Shown here in pieces: positions 1 through 11,797 of a stretch of 64,000 nt of DNA; the stretch's first letter is position 1, and each line of letters opens with the position of its first letter. The stretch comes from Podarcis melisellensis. Lineage: Eukaryota. The stretch lies in assembly GCA_964234715.1 (NCBI GenBank), contig OZ174276.1; one strand, written 5' to 3'. The translations under genes and the position numbers were made by a program. The notes beneath the pieces are model-generated. The model worked only from the letters and a program-made list of their open reading frames with translations. It was not told where the DNA came from and did no database searches.

Positions 1-226
1 ATCAATGACCTGCTAATTTAGCCCAGATTCTTACATTGATTCCCCCCCGCAAATAGATTTTATTAAAGCTTAGGTTCTGGCATTAATTTTTGATGTGACA
101 AAGTCATTGCAAGGTTTTAAAATTTCTTACCTAGGCAGGGCCTCCACAAACTTAAGTGTGGTCCTCCCAACTAAACCTTCCTCTCCCTTAAAGTCCACTG
201 TATGTTCCAAAAGACTGAAATAGGGG

Positions 227-411
227 AGGGTTGCCATATTTCAAAAAGTAAAAACCAGCACACCCCAAAATTGTTGACTTTTAAAAAAAACAAACTCCCC
301 ATTTTCCCCCCAATATTTTTTTTTACAGAAACACAAAAAACCCACACAATTTTGTAATTGCCTTTGAAATCCTGGTAATGTCCAGGAAAATCCAGACGTA
401 TGGCAGCCCTA
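227..411. mobile_element. Degenerate non-autonomous hAT-type DNA transposon (MITE)
   Basis: Terminal inverted repeats AGGGTTGCCATA ... TATGGCAGCCCTA. TSD is only weakly recognisable. Confidence 0.55.
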
Positions 412-2312
412 GAAAAGGGTGGCAGATGATAGATCTCGAATACATTTTGGGCTTTGGACTAGGCAGAGGTAGGCAAGATGTTCAGCAGGCAAGATTAAGG
501 TGGGCATTCACATACCTGCCCAAAAGAGAAAATTCCTCACTATAAAAGAGGGCACTGATTCACCAATGCTAATTTATATGGGTAGATGGAAATTTCAGAA
601 TAGTGACAGAGCTCAACCTCAGGAGGAAGGGGATGTCTCATGCCACACACTGAACTCTGATTCAGATGAAAGCTATTGTAGGACATATGTTTCTTCTACT
701 TGTTGTCTCAGTTATACAAAGCCATGACCTATTACTTTCTATAATTTCTCTACTTTAAAGTTGTTCAAAAATTCAAATGTATTGAATAAAGTGAAACTAA
801 TCTTTGAAGAGGACCATTGCAAATGAGAGGTTCCAATTTGCTATTCTCCATATCTACTAGTGTAGATATAATTATTACATACTTAATTACTGGTTAAGAT
901 TCAGTGTCTAATATGTCAGCCTGCCGGCTCTTATTCTGTAACATCATAGTTCCCATACTAAACCAACCCTTTGAAACAAATTGGCTAGACGTGTTAATTG
1001 ACAATCTGTTACCTGGCATTCAGTGTTGCATATGGTCTGTTTAGGCACACTTGAAAAGATTAGATTAAAATGGCTCCAATAAACTTTTTCCAGATAATAC
1101 CATCATGAAAAGCAAATATATTTTCCCTCCAAACCTTATTCAAAATTTTTAATGAGAGTGTCTTATCGTTGGTTGTAAGCAAGACACTGAGGCAGTAAGG
1201 CAAGTTCCATTGTTTCCCTTCAGATAGGTTTAGCATGGTTTATGAAAAGGTTTTAATCTGCGTGGTTACATTGATGCATATCAGTCTCAGAATCATGTTC
1301 CAGTTGCAGATTTCCTGCCAAACTAATGTCAACCCTAGTTTCAGGTCATTGCCATACAAGCTAAATCTGTTTACAGATCAGAAAGCAGCAAATTAATTCC
1401 AGGTTTCACTGCGATAATATGAACTAAGTTTTTGTGGTGACACTTGCGTAAACAAGTAAAAACATTGTTGCAGCCTTAAATAAATGAACTGCTTTGCATA
1501 AGCCCAATAAAAACCTAGATGTTTTCACTAATAAAGCACCATGTTAATACAAACGGATCTGCAGTGCAGTCCTATGCACATTTACTCATTATAGGAAATA
1601 AGTCCTATTGTGTCCAGCATGATCTATTTAGATGGTTTAAGCACGAGGTATTAATGTCTTCTATCATGAATGTTAGGTTTAAGTGTTTACTAGCTATATC
1701 TCTTTCTATCAGTGTTATATTTTAAACTTTCTAGATTTAAATCATTGCCCTCATCCAGCAGTCATCTTCTGCATGTTGGTAGGATTATTTGCATGTGTTG
1801 ATTCCAATGTAGGATCATCATGCAAGCTTTAAAAATGATGGAAAATCCATTATGTGCCTTTCCATTCACACAACCCGGTACAGAATAATTCTCTGATTGG
1901 AGGAAAAATAAGCCACGTGACACAGATACGAAGACTGGATTGGATTGACTTCCCTTCTAATATATAAGAGCACAAGTATGCAGAAATGAGGACAACCTAG
2001 GCAGCCTATGCGTGCCTGGTCTCTGCAATGTATGGAAGTTTACTTTAGCGCTCCAGTGTAAATGGCATACCTCCCACAGCTTCCACATTTGAATTTGATC
2101 AAATGTGGCCTGTTTTGAACATGCACTTTGGATGAAATCTTGTGTGTGTTTATCTTCCATTTTAAAAACTCTAACATATATAACACAACTGTGTGTGTGT
2201 GTGCGCATGTGCATGTGGATATATATATATGTATGCTTTCGTAGATTTTCACGGGTACAGGAATGCAGGTTTTGGTGTCCTCGGGTGTCTTCCCGTGTAA
2301 AAGTTGGGGTGT

Positions 2313-2356
2313 CTAGGCGACGTTTCGACGAGGTCTCACTCGTCATCTTCAGGCTG
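2313..2356 (-). ncRNA. Minimal type I hammerhead ribozyme motif (PLE-associated), - strand copy
   Basis: Exact reverse complement of the 2491-2534 motif; core spans 2352-2319. Confidence 0.65.
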
Positions 2357-2490
2357 GTGCTTTCGGCTTCTTGTTACTGGAACAGAGCAGGATCTCAGTG
2401 TTTGAGTTCCTATAAATACTGTTGACAGTATTTATAGGAACTCAAACACTGAGATCCTGCTCTGTTCCAGTAACAAGAAGCCGAAAGCAC

Positions 2491-2534
2491 CAGCCTGAAG
2501 ATGACGAGTGAGACCTCGTCGAAACGTCGCCTAG
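2491..2534 (+). ncRNA. Minimal type I hammerhead ribozyme motif (PLE-associated), + strand copy
   Basis: Core CTGAAGA (2495-2501), stem II GACGAG/CTCGTC (2503-2508 and 2515-2520), then GAAAC-GTC (2521-2528) with the palindromic ACGT. Predicted cleavage after C2528. Stem I is weak (about 2-3 bp). Confidence 0.65.
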
Positions 2535-3410
2535 ACACCCCAACTTTTACACGGGAAGACACCCGAGGACACCAAAACCTGCATATATATGTATGTATAT
2601 ATATATATATGGCATACTTTTTGCAATTTAACAGCTGACAGCAGTATTTATAAGCCAGTGTGACCTTCTAGGGTTCACTTTGCCCTGGAGTTTTCATAAA
2701 GCAAGCCTTGTCATTGGCTATTTCATTAACTAAAAAGCCATTGCTATGGCAAAGAACATGATTCTATTGCGTATCAGGAGTGAGTCAGTCGTATTTATTT
2801 TGAAATCCAAGTGAGATGCTGAGATGGCAGTGAAATGAGGCGGGGGTGTATGCTGAAACTGAACTGAACAGAAAGGTTTATTTATGCAGGGGTTTTGTTG
2901 TTTAATCAGTACCAAGATATAAAAATAGAAGAAGAAAGAAACTGCTGCTTCAGATCCTTCCGCTCATTAGGATAAATCACTATGTTTAAAGTGGGGGGCG
3001 GGGGATCACTTTTAATAGACGCTCCATGATAACTCTCTTTGTAAAGCCTTAATATTTCAGCCGATGATGATTCTGGAGAGAAATTACAGGCTTGGAATGG
3101 ACACTGGGTCAGTGCAAAGAAAAAGTAACGTGGTGACGTAATAGAGGGCAGATTTTCTACAGTGGTCCTCTCCCATTTACTAAGCTGAAGTAAACATAAA
3201 GTCAGAGTACGATCTGCTAGTTGCCTAAACAGGAGTTAAGCCTGTTGATAATCTCTTCACAGCTGTAGGTAAAGAGTACTTCAAAATCTGGGGTTGCACA
3301 CCAGGAATGGCAAGGACGTTCAAGAGAATGCCCAGTGGCTGGGTGTGTGCTTGGCATCTCCAACACAGAATACACTGCTCTTTTCTTCCTTGCTTCTTCC
3401 CTCTCTCTTT

Positions 3411-3463
3411 CCCTCCCTCCCTCCCTCCCTCCCTCCCTCCCTCCCTCCCTCCCTCCCTCCCTC
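3411..3463. repeat. (CCCT)n microsatellite
   Basis: About 13 tandem CCCT units; polypurine/polypyrimidine tract. Confidence 0.95.
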
Positions 3464-4203
3464 CTTAACACCTTCACTATTTCGCCATCATCCCCAGGGC
3501 ACACACTTCTGCCCTCTCCCTAGAAACTCTACCTGTCCTCTTAATTTTGTTATGCACACATTACCTATTCTGCACTCTTATACCTTAATTCACAGCCACT
3601 TTCTAAAGGAGCTTTAGGAAGAAGCCTGACATGTGCTTGAGCCCCAGTCTGAAAGGTGGCTCTGAGGGGGAAAGGGAACAAAAGCATAGCGGTGGCAGTT
3701 CGCCTGTTTTTACAGGCCTGGCTCAGATGGACTTTCACATCTCTTCTGTGCAAAAGAAGGATCCATTTTACTTCCTGCTGGCCTGAAAAGGTGTCGCAAT
3801 ACATGGCAATGCTGCTTTTGTTTTTAATACTCTGAGTAACAAAGATGCTTCTGCCTCTTCTCTAACACAAAGTATTTTACTAACACTGTGATTAGGATCC
3901 AAGGATTGTTTTTCCATACTGCTCAGGAACCTGGAATGCTAAACTTCTATTGTGAAAAGACCCTTAATAGGTGTCAATGCGAAAGAGGCACAGGTGTATT
4001 TTAAACTCATTTGTGGGGTCAAGACAGAAATAACTGTCAGCTGCATCTTTCCTCTGCATATACTGGCTTGAAAAAGTGGGTGAATTTGAAGGAAACTTTT
4101 TGTTTGCCAAGATGATTTGTAAGCACAGGTACCTATTTGTCTTCCAAGTAACGTGGATTATAAAACCTATATTGTAATTTCCTTCCTTTTAGAAAGCAAA
4201 AAC

Positions 4204-4432
4204 ATGGCAACAAAGGAGAAACTGCAGTGTCTGAAAGATTTCCACAAGGACATTCTCAAACCTTCCCCTGGCAAGAGCCCTGGGACACGCCCTGAGGATG
4301 AGGCAGAGGGGAAGCCACCACAGCGTGAAAAGTGGGCCAGCAAGATTGACTTTCTGTTGTCTGTGGCCGGAGGATTTATTGGATTAGGCAATGTTTGGCG
4401 ATTTCCGTATCTCTGCTACAAAAATGGCGGAG
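4204..4432 (+). CDS. SLC6A6: SLC6A6 coding exon 1 (MATKEK...YKNGG)
   Basis: Acceptor AG at 4191-4192, ATG at 4204, SLC6 motif [20 protein letters not shown] donor at 4433. Confidence 0.97.
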
Positions 4433-5072
4433 GTGCGTATTGTTGTCGCTTCCATAATGGTTTGGGATGTGGATAGCAGCTCCCTTTCATGTGAATGGGT
4501 GTGTGGGGAAGCAGGGCTGCTCTGAAGATGAATGAGATCAAGATTTAAAAACAACCGGAAGTGCTATTGGACTAATAGCTACTTTTCAGCTTTTTTTTTT
4601 TTTTTTTGAAAAAGGGGAAATTTGATTCGTATTAGCAAAAGCCAGTCACATATTTCCAGTATGCATTTCACTGCATTTAATTTGCTTTTTAAAAACTCTT
4701 ACAGCTGTTACATGCAGTACACTTTGTAAACAGCAAGTCATTAAATTCTGAGACATTGTAAAACAAGAAAACAATTGCCTTGAGATTTTACCTAATGTTC
4801 TAGTATGCAATGAAAGGAAACCATTCTGTTGCTCATTTTCTTTCACATTGTTCCCCATTTCTTAATCTGAAAATAGGGCATTTGTGTAACATATTTAAAG
4901 TCTGATTATTAATCTTTGCTCTCAAGTGGCAATTTCAGAACATGCTAACAAGGGCATGGGCCAGATTTCATAGTGATACTTAAATACCACCATCAGCTGC
5001 TACTCCATTAAGGGGAAAAAAAAGATTGAGTCATAGAATCTTCCTAATCTTCCTTCTGTGTTTTCTCTACAG

Positions 5073-5207
5073 GTGCATTTCTCATACCTTATTTCATTTT
5101 TCTGTTTGGGGGAGGTCTTCCTGTGTTTTTCCTGGAGGTGGCACTAGGACAGTATACCTCTGAAGGAGGAATTACATGCTGGGAAAAGATCTGCCCTATC
5201 TTCACCG
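5073..5207 (+). CDS. SLC6A6: SLC6A6 coding exon 2 ([45 protein letters not shown])
   Basis: AG/GT bounded, 135 nt, phase-compatible. Confidence 0.96.
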
Positions 5208-7462
5208 GTTAGTTATCTGCCTAATTCATGTTAAATATATATATGTACATGCACACATCTAAGTTAGTTCCCAAAATTCTGTGACATTCTTCCTTCACCT
5301 TGCAGCTATGCAAAGGAAAGGGTGAGACTATTCAGAGGCATGGTTCTCTGTGACTGGGGTCAGCAGGGCAGGAAACAGGTTTTATCCTTAACTATGCTGG
5401 TGACTCTGATTTTATTCAATTCCTATCCTTTCCTTTTAGTTTTTCCCCATCCAGCTGAATGGTTGTCACACACCTCTCTGGGGAAAAGTTAAACAGTACT
5501 GGTCTTGGAGACATTTTTGCACTGAGGGCAAAACCTGCTTGCCATACTTGGCAGGAATTCCACAGCAGGATGCAAGGCCCAGCTTGAGAATGACCTACTG
5601 TGCCAGGGTGTGCAGGACAGTGAGGACTTGAAGCTGCCTCTATGGGCAGTTCCCTCTGACATCTCCTCCACATCCACAGTGTTGCCTTCTGAGGAGGAGG
5701 AGGAGGAGATAGACCCTGAAAAGGGGGGCAGTGAAGTGCTAAAATTTTAGTCACAGAAGTACAAAAAGCTTTTTCTCCCACCTCCCCTCCAGCTCTGAGC
5801 TATTGGAGGTGGTCTTGTTTCCTGCCCTCCCTTCCACCTCCAAGTTTAGAACTGGAACGCGGAGCAAATTTCCCCCTGACCTTGTATTGTGTTTGAAACG
5901 TAACTTTAGCTTGGCAGGGGTGGATCCTGGTGAGAACAAAATTTTGGTTGGCCTCTGCTAATGCAACTTTTCTATTTAAAAAATATAAGAGCAGTATTGA
6001 AATTGATGTGTTCCTGATAGAAGGTTTAGGATTTACTATTATTTCAAATAGTAGACTTCAGAATACATGAAACTCTCTGGAACAACTTCTCTGAGATTTC
6101 ATACTATGAAATGCTTCACTATGGGTATTTGCATCAGGAGAATGTGGAATGGCTCCCATCGTCCAACAAAGCTCAATATTTAATAAGGAGCTGGTGTGTT
6201 CACAGGCCATTAAGTTGTTCCAGGGCAGTTTGGTGTTTTGTAAGGTGATTGCCAGTTTATACCAGTTCTGTGTCTCCCAAAGTACTTACTTAGAAGGAAG
6301 TTCCATTGAGATCAATAGGACTTCTTGCCAAGTGTACGGGGCTTGGATTGGAATTTATAGCTAAAGGTTTGTGCCAATTTGCACTTCATTAGCTGTGTGC
6401 ATGCCATTTGGAGCAGCAAAGGACATGACCTTATCTGCTAGTGACCCTTTGCTTGCAAAGCAAACAGGGCAGTATTTTTTTGTTGTCAAGCATTGATATG
6501 CAAGTTAAACATTTATTTTATAAATAGCAGGCATGATACCTTTGGGGGAAAAAATAGATGTGTACATATATTACAAAATTCAGTTTGCTGACCTTCTTTT
6601 GACCTTGTTTTATTTTGCACAAACATGTTGTCTTTCCTTCCCAGAATATTGTTATTACTGTTGCTATAACCAATGTTTTATGACTGTGACCCTATACATT
6701 CTTATGTAAGAGTAAGCCTCACTGAATTCAATGGCATTTATTTCTGAGTAGATATGTATAAGATTGCACTGTAAAGTTGGAGTCCTATTCACACTTTTCC
6801 TGCGAACAAGCCCTGCTGTACACAGGCAGAACACAGTGGGACTTAATTCTGAGTATACCTTCCTCTAGTTGTGCTATACATTGCAGTCAGAGGTATAAGT
6901 AAAATAACACCGTTTATAACTGCATTGCAGAGAAAGTGCATTTCACTGAATTCTGTTCCATACGTAATGATTGTCACCCTAAGTTAGGCCAACACTTCCA
7001 TTGTCCACTGTCTGCATTTGACATTGACTCAGGGAGACTCATAAGCAGATCTGGATTGAGGGAACCATCTCCTGTGATTTAGCTTTGGCTCCTGATACTC
7101 AGAAATATGTTTAAAGCTTTCATGGTGGCTTCATAATACAAGCCAGGATGTAAAGAACTACTTCAAACTATTTTCTTGGGTGTGCTGTTCCCCAGTGGGA
7201 ATTTTTTCTTTGAAGAGCAGAACATCTCCCCTCCAATACTTCATCAGAAAGTGCTTTTGAAATTCTCCTTTATTTCAAAAGCATATTGGTATGTAGCATG
7301 GAGAAACACAAGGCAATTTTTACCTTGTGCACATGGAATAATTATTCTCTTCCAACAAATACCTGCTTTAAATTGGGACTCCTTCCTAGTCTGCATTGGT
7401 TTTAGATGTTTTCTTGTTTGTATGCTTGCCGCCCTTGGCTCCTTTGGGAGCCGGGGAGGGAA

Positions 7463-7506
7463 ACTACTACTACTATTGCTGCTGCTACTGCTACTACTAC
7501 TATTGC
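7463..7506. repeat. Compound (CTA)n/(CTG)n trinucleotide repeat
   Basis: Visible tandem triplets; intronic, and the source of the poly-L/poly-S spurious ORFs. Confidence 0.85.
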
Positions 7507-7941
7507 GAGTAGGTATAGTCCACCAGGACACAAGCCACAGAGCCATAGGTACTGCATCATGTCCTTAGGTTTCCATTTTTATTTAGATAGCCCTTTGGCC
7601 CATAACTTGTAATTTTGTTGAGACAAAATGAGGTTTTAGCTAGTTGTTTTTATTTATGCCTTATCTGCTCTTCTTTTCTTTGTATTTTATTGTATTGTTT
7701 TTAATTACTGTTAGCTGCTTTGAGTACCATTTGGGGGAAACGTAGACTACAAACCTAACAAGAAATGAATTGTACCTCATTTACATGGCCATTTCCTTCT
7801 GCTCAAGTGTTGTAGCTTCAGTGGTTTTGTTGTTATTAAGCAGGGTGTTCCTAAATATTAACAGTGCAATCATATGTATGTCTACTGAGAAGAAAGGCAC
7901 ATTGAATTCAATGAGACTTATTTCCAGGTAAGTGTGTACAA

Positions 7942-8073
7942 CAGGGGTGGGCAACTTGTGGCCCTCCAGATCTTGCTGGACTACATCAGCCCTAAGCATT
8001 GGCCAATTTATGATGGGACTGATGAGAGATGACGTTCAAAAGCATTCAGAGGGCCACAGGTTACCCTTCCATG
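7942..8073. mobile_element. Small hairpin-type hAT MITE
   Basis: CAGGGGTGGGCAACTTGTGGCCCTC ... GAGGGCCACAGGTTACCCTTCCATG; related to the copies at 56794 and 62871. Confidence 0.7.
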
Positions 8074-8411
8074 GTCTATATGTTTGCAGTCCAAATGTGA
8101 TAGCCACTGCTTGCATACCTTTGCAACCTCACAACTGTGTTTTAGGAAGAACTACTACTCCTTACTGAATTCTCTGGAAACATAAAGAGGGGGAATCCCT
8201 TGATACCTTATCTGAGTCTTGAAATTCTGCATCTCCGCTTAATGCAGCAGATATATGATGTTGAATTGTTGCCTTTGTAACCCTAGACATAGAGATTCCT
8301 AAATTAGTGAATATTACATGTTCACCTGTAATACAAGGAAGCCTTACTTATGTGTGTAATTTCATATGTTCCTTTCTTCTGCTTTCTTTCTTTCTTTTTT
8401 AAAAAAATCAG

Positions 8412-8646
8412 GAATAGGTTATGCTTCCATAGTGATCGTGTCGCTTTTGAATGTGTATTACATCATCATCCTGGCTTGGGGACTGTACTATCTATTCCAC
8501 TCTTTTACAAGTAAGCTGCCTTGGGCTTTCTGCGACCAAGAGTGGAACACAAAAAACTGCATAGAAGACACTCTCAGGAAGAACAAAACCCTCTGGTTGT
8601 CACTGAATACCACTAACTTCACTTCTCCTGTGACAGAGTTTTGGGA
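8412..8646 (+). CDS. SLC6A6: SLC6A6 coding exon 3 ([17 protein letters not shown]...PVTEFWE)
   Basis: AG/GT bounded, 235 nt; TM3 and extracellular loop 2. Confidence 0.96.
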
Positions 8647-10861
8647 GTAAGCAATTTTAATTGTTGCTCTTTGGAGAACTTTATAAGAGACATAGAACTT
8701 AGAGTAAAACGGTGCCTGACTAAAATTGTAAGGGGAAGTATGGGGTATTACCTACTCCTGTAGGAGTTTTGGGTTATTATTGCAATTTTTTTTATTATTA
8801 CTAATTTTAATTATTGTCGTCTTATGATATTTGGGTATCTTTTAACATCTCTATTTACTGTTCTGGATTCTGCAAGGAGGAAGGGCAGAGTATAAGAATA
8901 ATAAATGAGTAAGTCAGGTTATAGTCTCAGAGACAATGCACACACCTGATATTCCTGTTTTGATTATGATTATGTGATTTAGCACTATTCAAATAAAGTT
9001 TCAAGTTGACTCTGTGAATGATGGCCTTGATTCACCATGCACTTTATACAGATATTTAACTTAATCATTGCACCAGGAATGGCATCTATGTGGGAGGTAT
9101 TTGTTAACTTATTACACAGAAAGGCCTTAACAAAGAACTTTGCATTTTACATTAATTTTTAAAAATAATTTTTTTTATTGGGTTTTTTTTTTTTTTGCAT
9201 CTTACCTTAATGATAAACATTCAGTAATCTTATAACTACCATATGTTATATGTATTAACAGATTGAGGTCAACTGCATTGCCCTGAGCTAGCTAATAAGT
9301 TACATAACTCAGAATAATGTATGTTGCCTCGTAAATATGTAAACCTCTTTATCATGTGTTAATTCACTTGAGTTTGGTACATTCAGAAGACAACAGTCCT
9401 ACTGTGAATGAAATAATCCTTAGGAGCTGTTACAGTGCCAGAATTATGAAGTCAAGTGCTCTTTATTAGGTGGAATGTTTCCTGAAACCTTTATCAGTTG
9501 TACTTGCTGAACACTAAACTTCTCAGGCATGGTTGGCTTTATTGAAATATTCACCTTTGTATGCTAAGTGACATCTTCCTCTTAGCAGTGCTGCTGATTG
9601 TGCATTGGAGGCCATCATTATATCTTATTTGAGCTAATGGTCTGTGTAAATCTCATGCTTGTTTGAGCAGCAGTCATAGGGGATAAGCAAATCTGGCTTT
9701 ATTTCCAGAGTCTTACCTCTTGGGATTACATCACATGCTTTGATTTCTTAGTTGTGAAGATTTTATTTCATAGTATATGGTTGCAAACATAATGAAACAG
9801 TAAGAAGCAGGGGGCAATTACCAGTAAACAAGAACTTTGATTGTTCCCTGCTACCAACCAAAAGCTTATAAGTGCTTAGGACTCAGCAGGCTTGGTTCAT
9901 GTGAAATCTCAGGAAGCTGATCACATGCTTCAGACATGCAAATCTAATAAGAGCTGAATAAAACGAAGCAAAATCCGCTTTTGGCTCATGTACACTTGAT
10001 GCTAGCCATAAATCTAGCAAAATGTTTTTGCTCTTTTCCTTCTTATGAGTGAGATCCTTGGGAACAGCTAGTTTATTATCCCCCATTTCTATTTTAAACA
10101 GTTCTTCATCGTAGCTGAAATGGGACACGCTTCAGAAGTTACACAACTCCCCTAGTTCTGTGTTTTGTTTACTTATTAAAATGGATGTCTGTGTGATTAT
10201 AGTGCTGTGATAGAAGCAGGCTGCTATCCTGTTCCCTTACCCACCCCCTTAACTAAATTTATCTAAAATAATGATGATTGATTTGTTTACAATTTAAGGC
10301 ACTATATAACAACGTTGGAGAGGTTTGTGTATTTATACCTTCCCTGCACCACAGAAATTACTAGTTATGAATAGAAATACTAAGAAGTTGTAAAGGTGGG
10401 TTTGTGGGTTGATTTATTTTATTTTAAAAAATCAATTCTTTTCATTAGTTTTAGAGTAGCCCCATCAGATTCAAAGAGCATGCGCACGTGTACATGGCAC
10501 CAAACCGGGAAGTGACCAGAAAATGTCACTAAAGGGGCGGAATGGAATACTTTACGTGGGCCCCGCCAACATGCTCAGGAGTCCAGCACGTAACCCCTGT
10601 GCAAAGCAAGGATTGCCTGTGGACAAATGGATTCAGTTCCAAGTATTCCAGAGTGAACAGAATAGTTTTAACAAGCTGAGGGATAATTATCACTCGCAGC
10701 TCTTTTGAAGACTACAAATAGAACAATGGGCCTTTCCCATGTGTCCAGTTAATCTGTTTAGGCAACATGGGAAGTATCATTCTGCTTTTAAAGACTGGTT
10801 CTTGTGAAGCAGCTGTTCAGTTTGTTTTATCACACCTTTTGTCTTGTTTCTTTCCTTTAAG

Positions 10862-10994
10862 GCACAACGTATTGAGCTTGTCTTCAGGAATTGATGAGCC
10901 TGGTGTTGTCAAGTGGGACCTGGCACTATGTCTCCTCCTTGTCTGGGTGATATGTTTCTTTTGCATTTGGAAAGGTGTAAAGTCCACTGGGAAA
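10862..10994 (+). CDS. SLC6A6: SLC6A6 coding exon 4 ([14 protein letters not shown]...KGVKSTGK)
   Basis: AG/GT bounded, 133 nt. Confidence 0.96.
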
Positions 10995-11481
10995 GTAAGT
11001 GCTCTCAGCCTCTCCCTTTGCAATTATAACGGCCTTGTTTCTTGGAGCGCTAGTATTGGCAAGTCCAAAAAGAAAATGTTCTCTTTGGATCCAAGTTCCT
11101 CTCAGTCCCACAGTGCATCTCAAACTGGGGGGGGGGGGGGCGGACTTGAACAAACTTCCAAGCTTGCTCAATCTTTCCCACACTTTTTGCTCCATAGTTT
11201 CCAATAAGAGGGAAAATGAGGTGTTAAAAAGGCCCAGAGAAATTCAAAACATTACTCTGCCTTAACTTCTGTTCGATACCAGCAGAGCATAATCTGCCTT
11301 TGAATTCCACCCTCTTTACACACATACACTTTAGGTTTATATCCTAAGTGTTTAAATAGGTTCAGAAGTTAGTTTTATGCAGTGGTTTTGCACACTCTCC
11401 ACATCATCTTGGGCTTAAAATGATTGAATTGCCTTCTTACTTAGCAAAGGCTAAGTTCCCAATGTTATTTTGAACCTTTCT

Positions 11482-11797
11482 TAGAATCATAGAATTGTTG
11501 AGTTGGAAGGGACCTTGAGGATCATCTAGTCCAGGGGTCAGCAAACTTTTTCAGCAGGGTGCCAGCCCACTGTCCCTCAGACCTTGTGGGGGGCCGGACT
11601 ATATTTTTTGGGGGAAATCCTATGCCCCACAAATAACCCAGAGATGCATTTTAAATAAAAGGACACATCCTACTCATGTAAAAATACACTGATTCCCAGA
11701 CCATCCGTGGGCCAGATTTAGAAGGTGATTGGGTCACATCCGGCCCCCAGCCCTTAGTTTGCCTACCCATGATCTAGTCTAACCCCTGCAATGCAGG
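11482..11797 (-). mobile_element. CR1-type 3' tail (LINE or CR1-tailed SINE) interrupted by a MITE
   Basis: AGAATCATAGAATT...GAGTTGGAAGGGACCTTGAGGATCATCTAGTC is the reverse complement of a CR1 3' end. It resumes at 11772 after the MITE. Confidence 0.75.
11532..11771. mobile_element. hAT (Charlie/Buster-like) MITE, 240 bp
   Basis: TIRs CAGGGGTCAGCAAACT / AGTTTGCCTACCCATG; perfect 8-bp TSD ATCTAGTC (11524-11531, 11772-11779). Confidence 0.88.

Larger units (their letters stand above)
2236..2582. mobile_element. Penelope-like element (PLE) 3' pseudo-LTR present as an inverted (fold-back) pair
   Basis: 160-bp perfect inverted arms (2263-2422 and 2425-2584). The minus-strand copy has an extra ~30-nt tail (TCCTGTACCCGTGAAAATCTACGAAAG). 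Flanked by the 13-nt direct repeat ATATATATGTATG (2223-2235, 2583-2595) in an AT microsatellite. The CTGAAGA...GAAACGTC...CCGTGAAA layout resembles squamate PLE ends as I recall them. Confidence 0.8.

Noticed and set aside
1840-1850. Possible TonEBP/NFAT5 osmotic response element (TGGAAAATCCA)
   Set aside because: Does not fit TGGAAANNYNY at the last position, and the SLC6A6 promoter appears to lie outside the window.
1957-2425. ORFs overlapping the palindrome (129 aa on -, 106 aa on +)
   Set aside because: They run through microsatellite and pLTR sequence and show no RT or GIY-YIG motifs.
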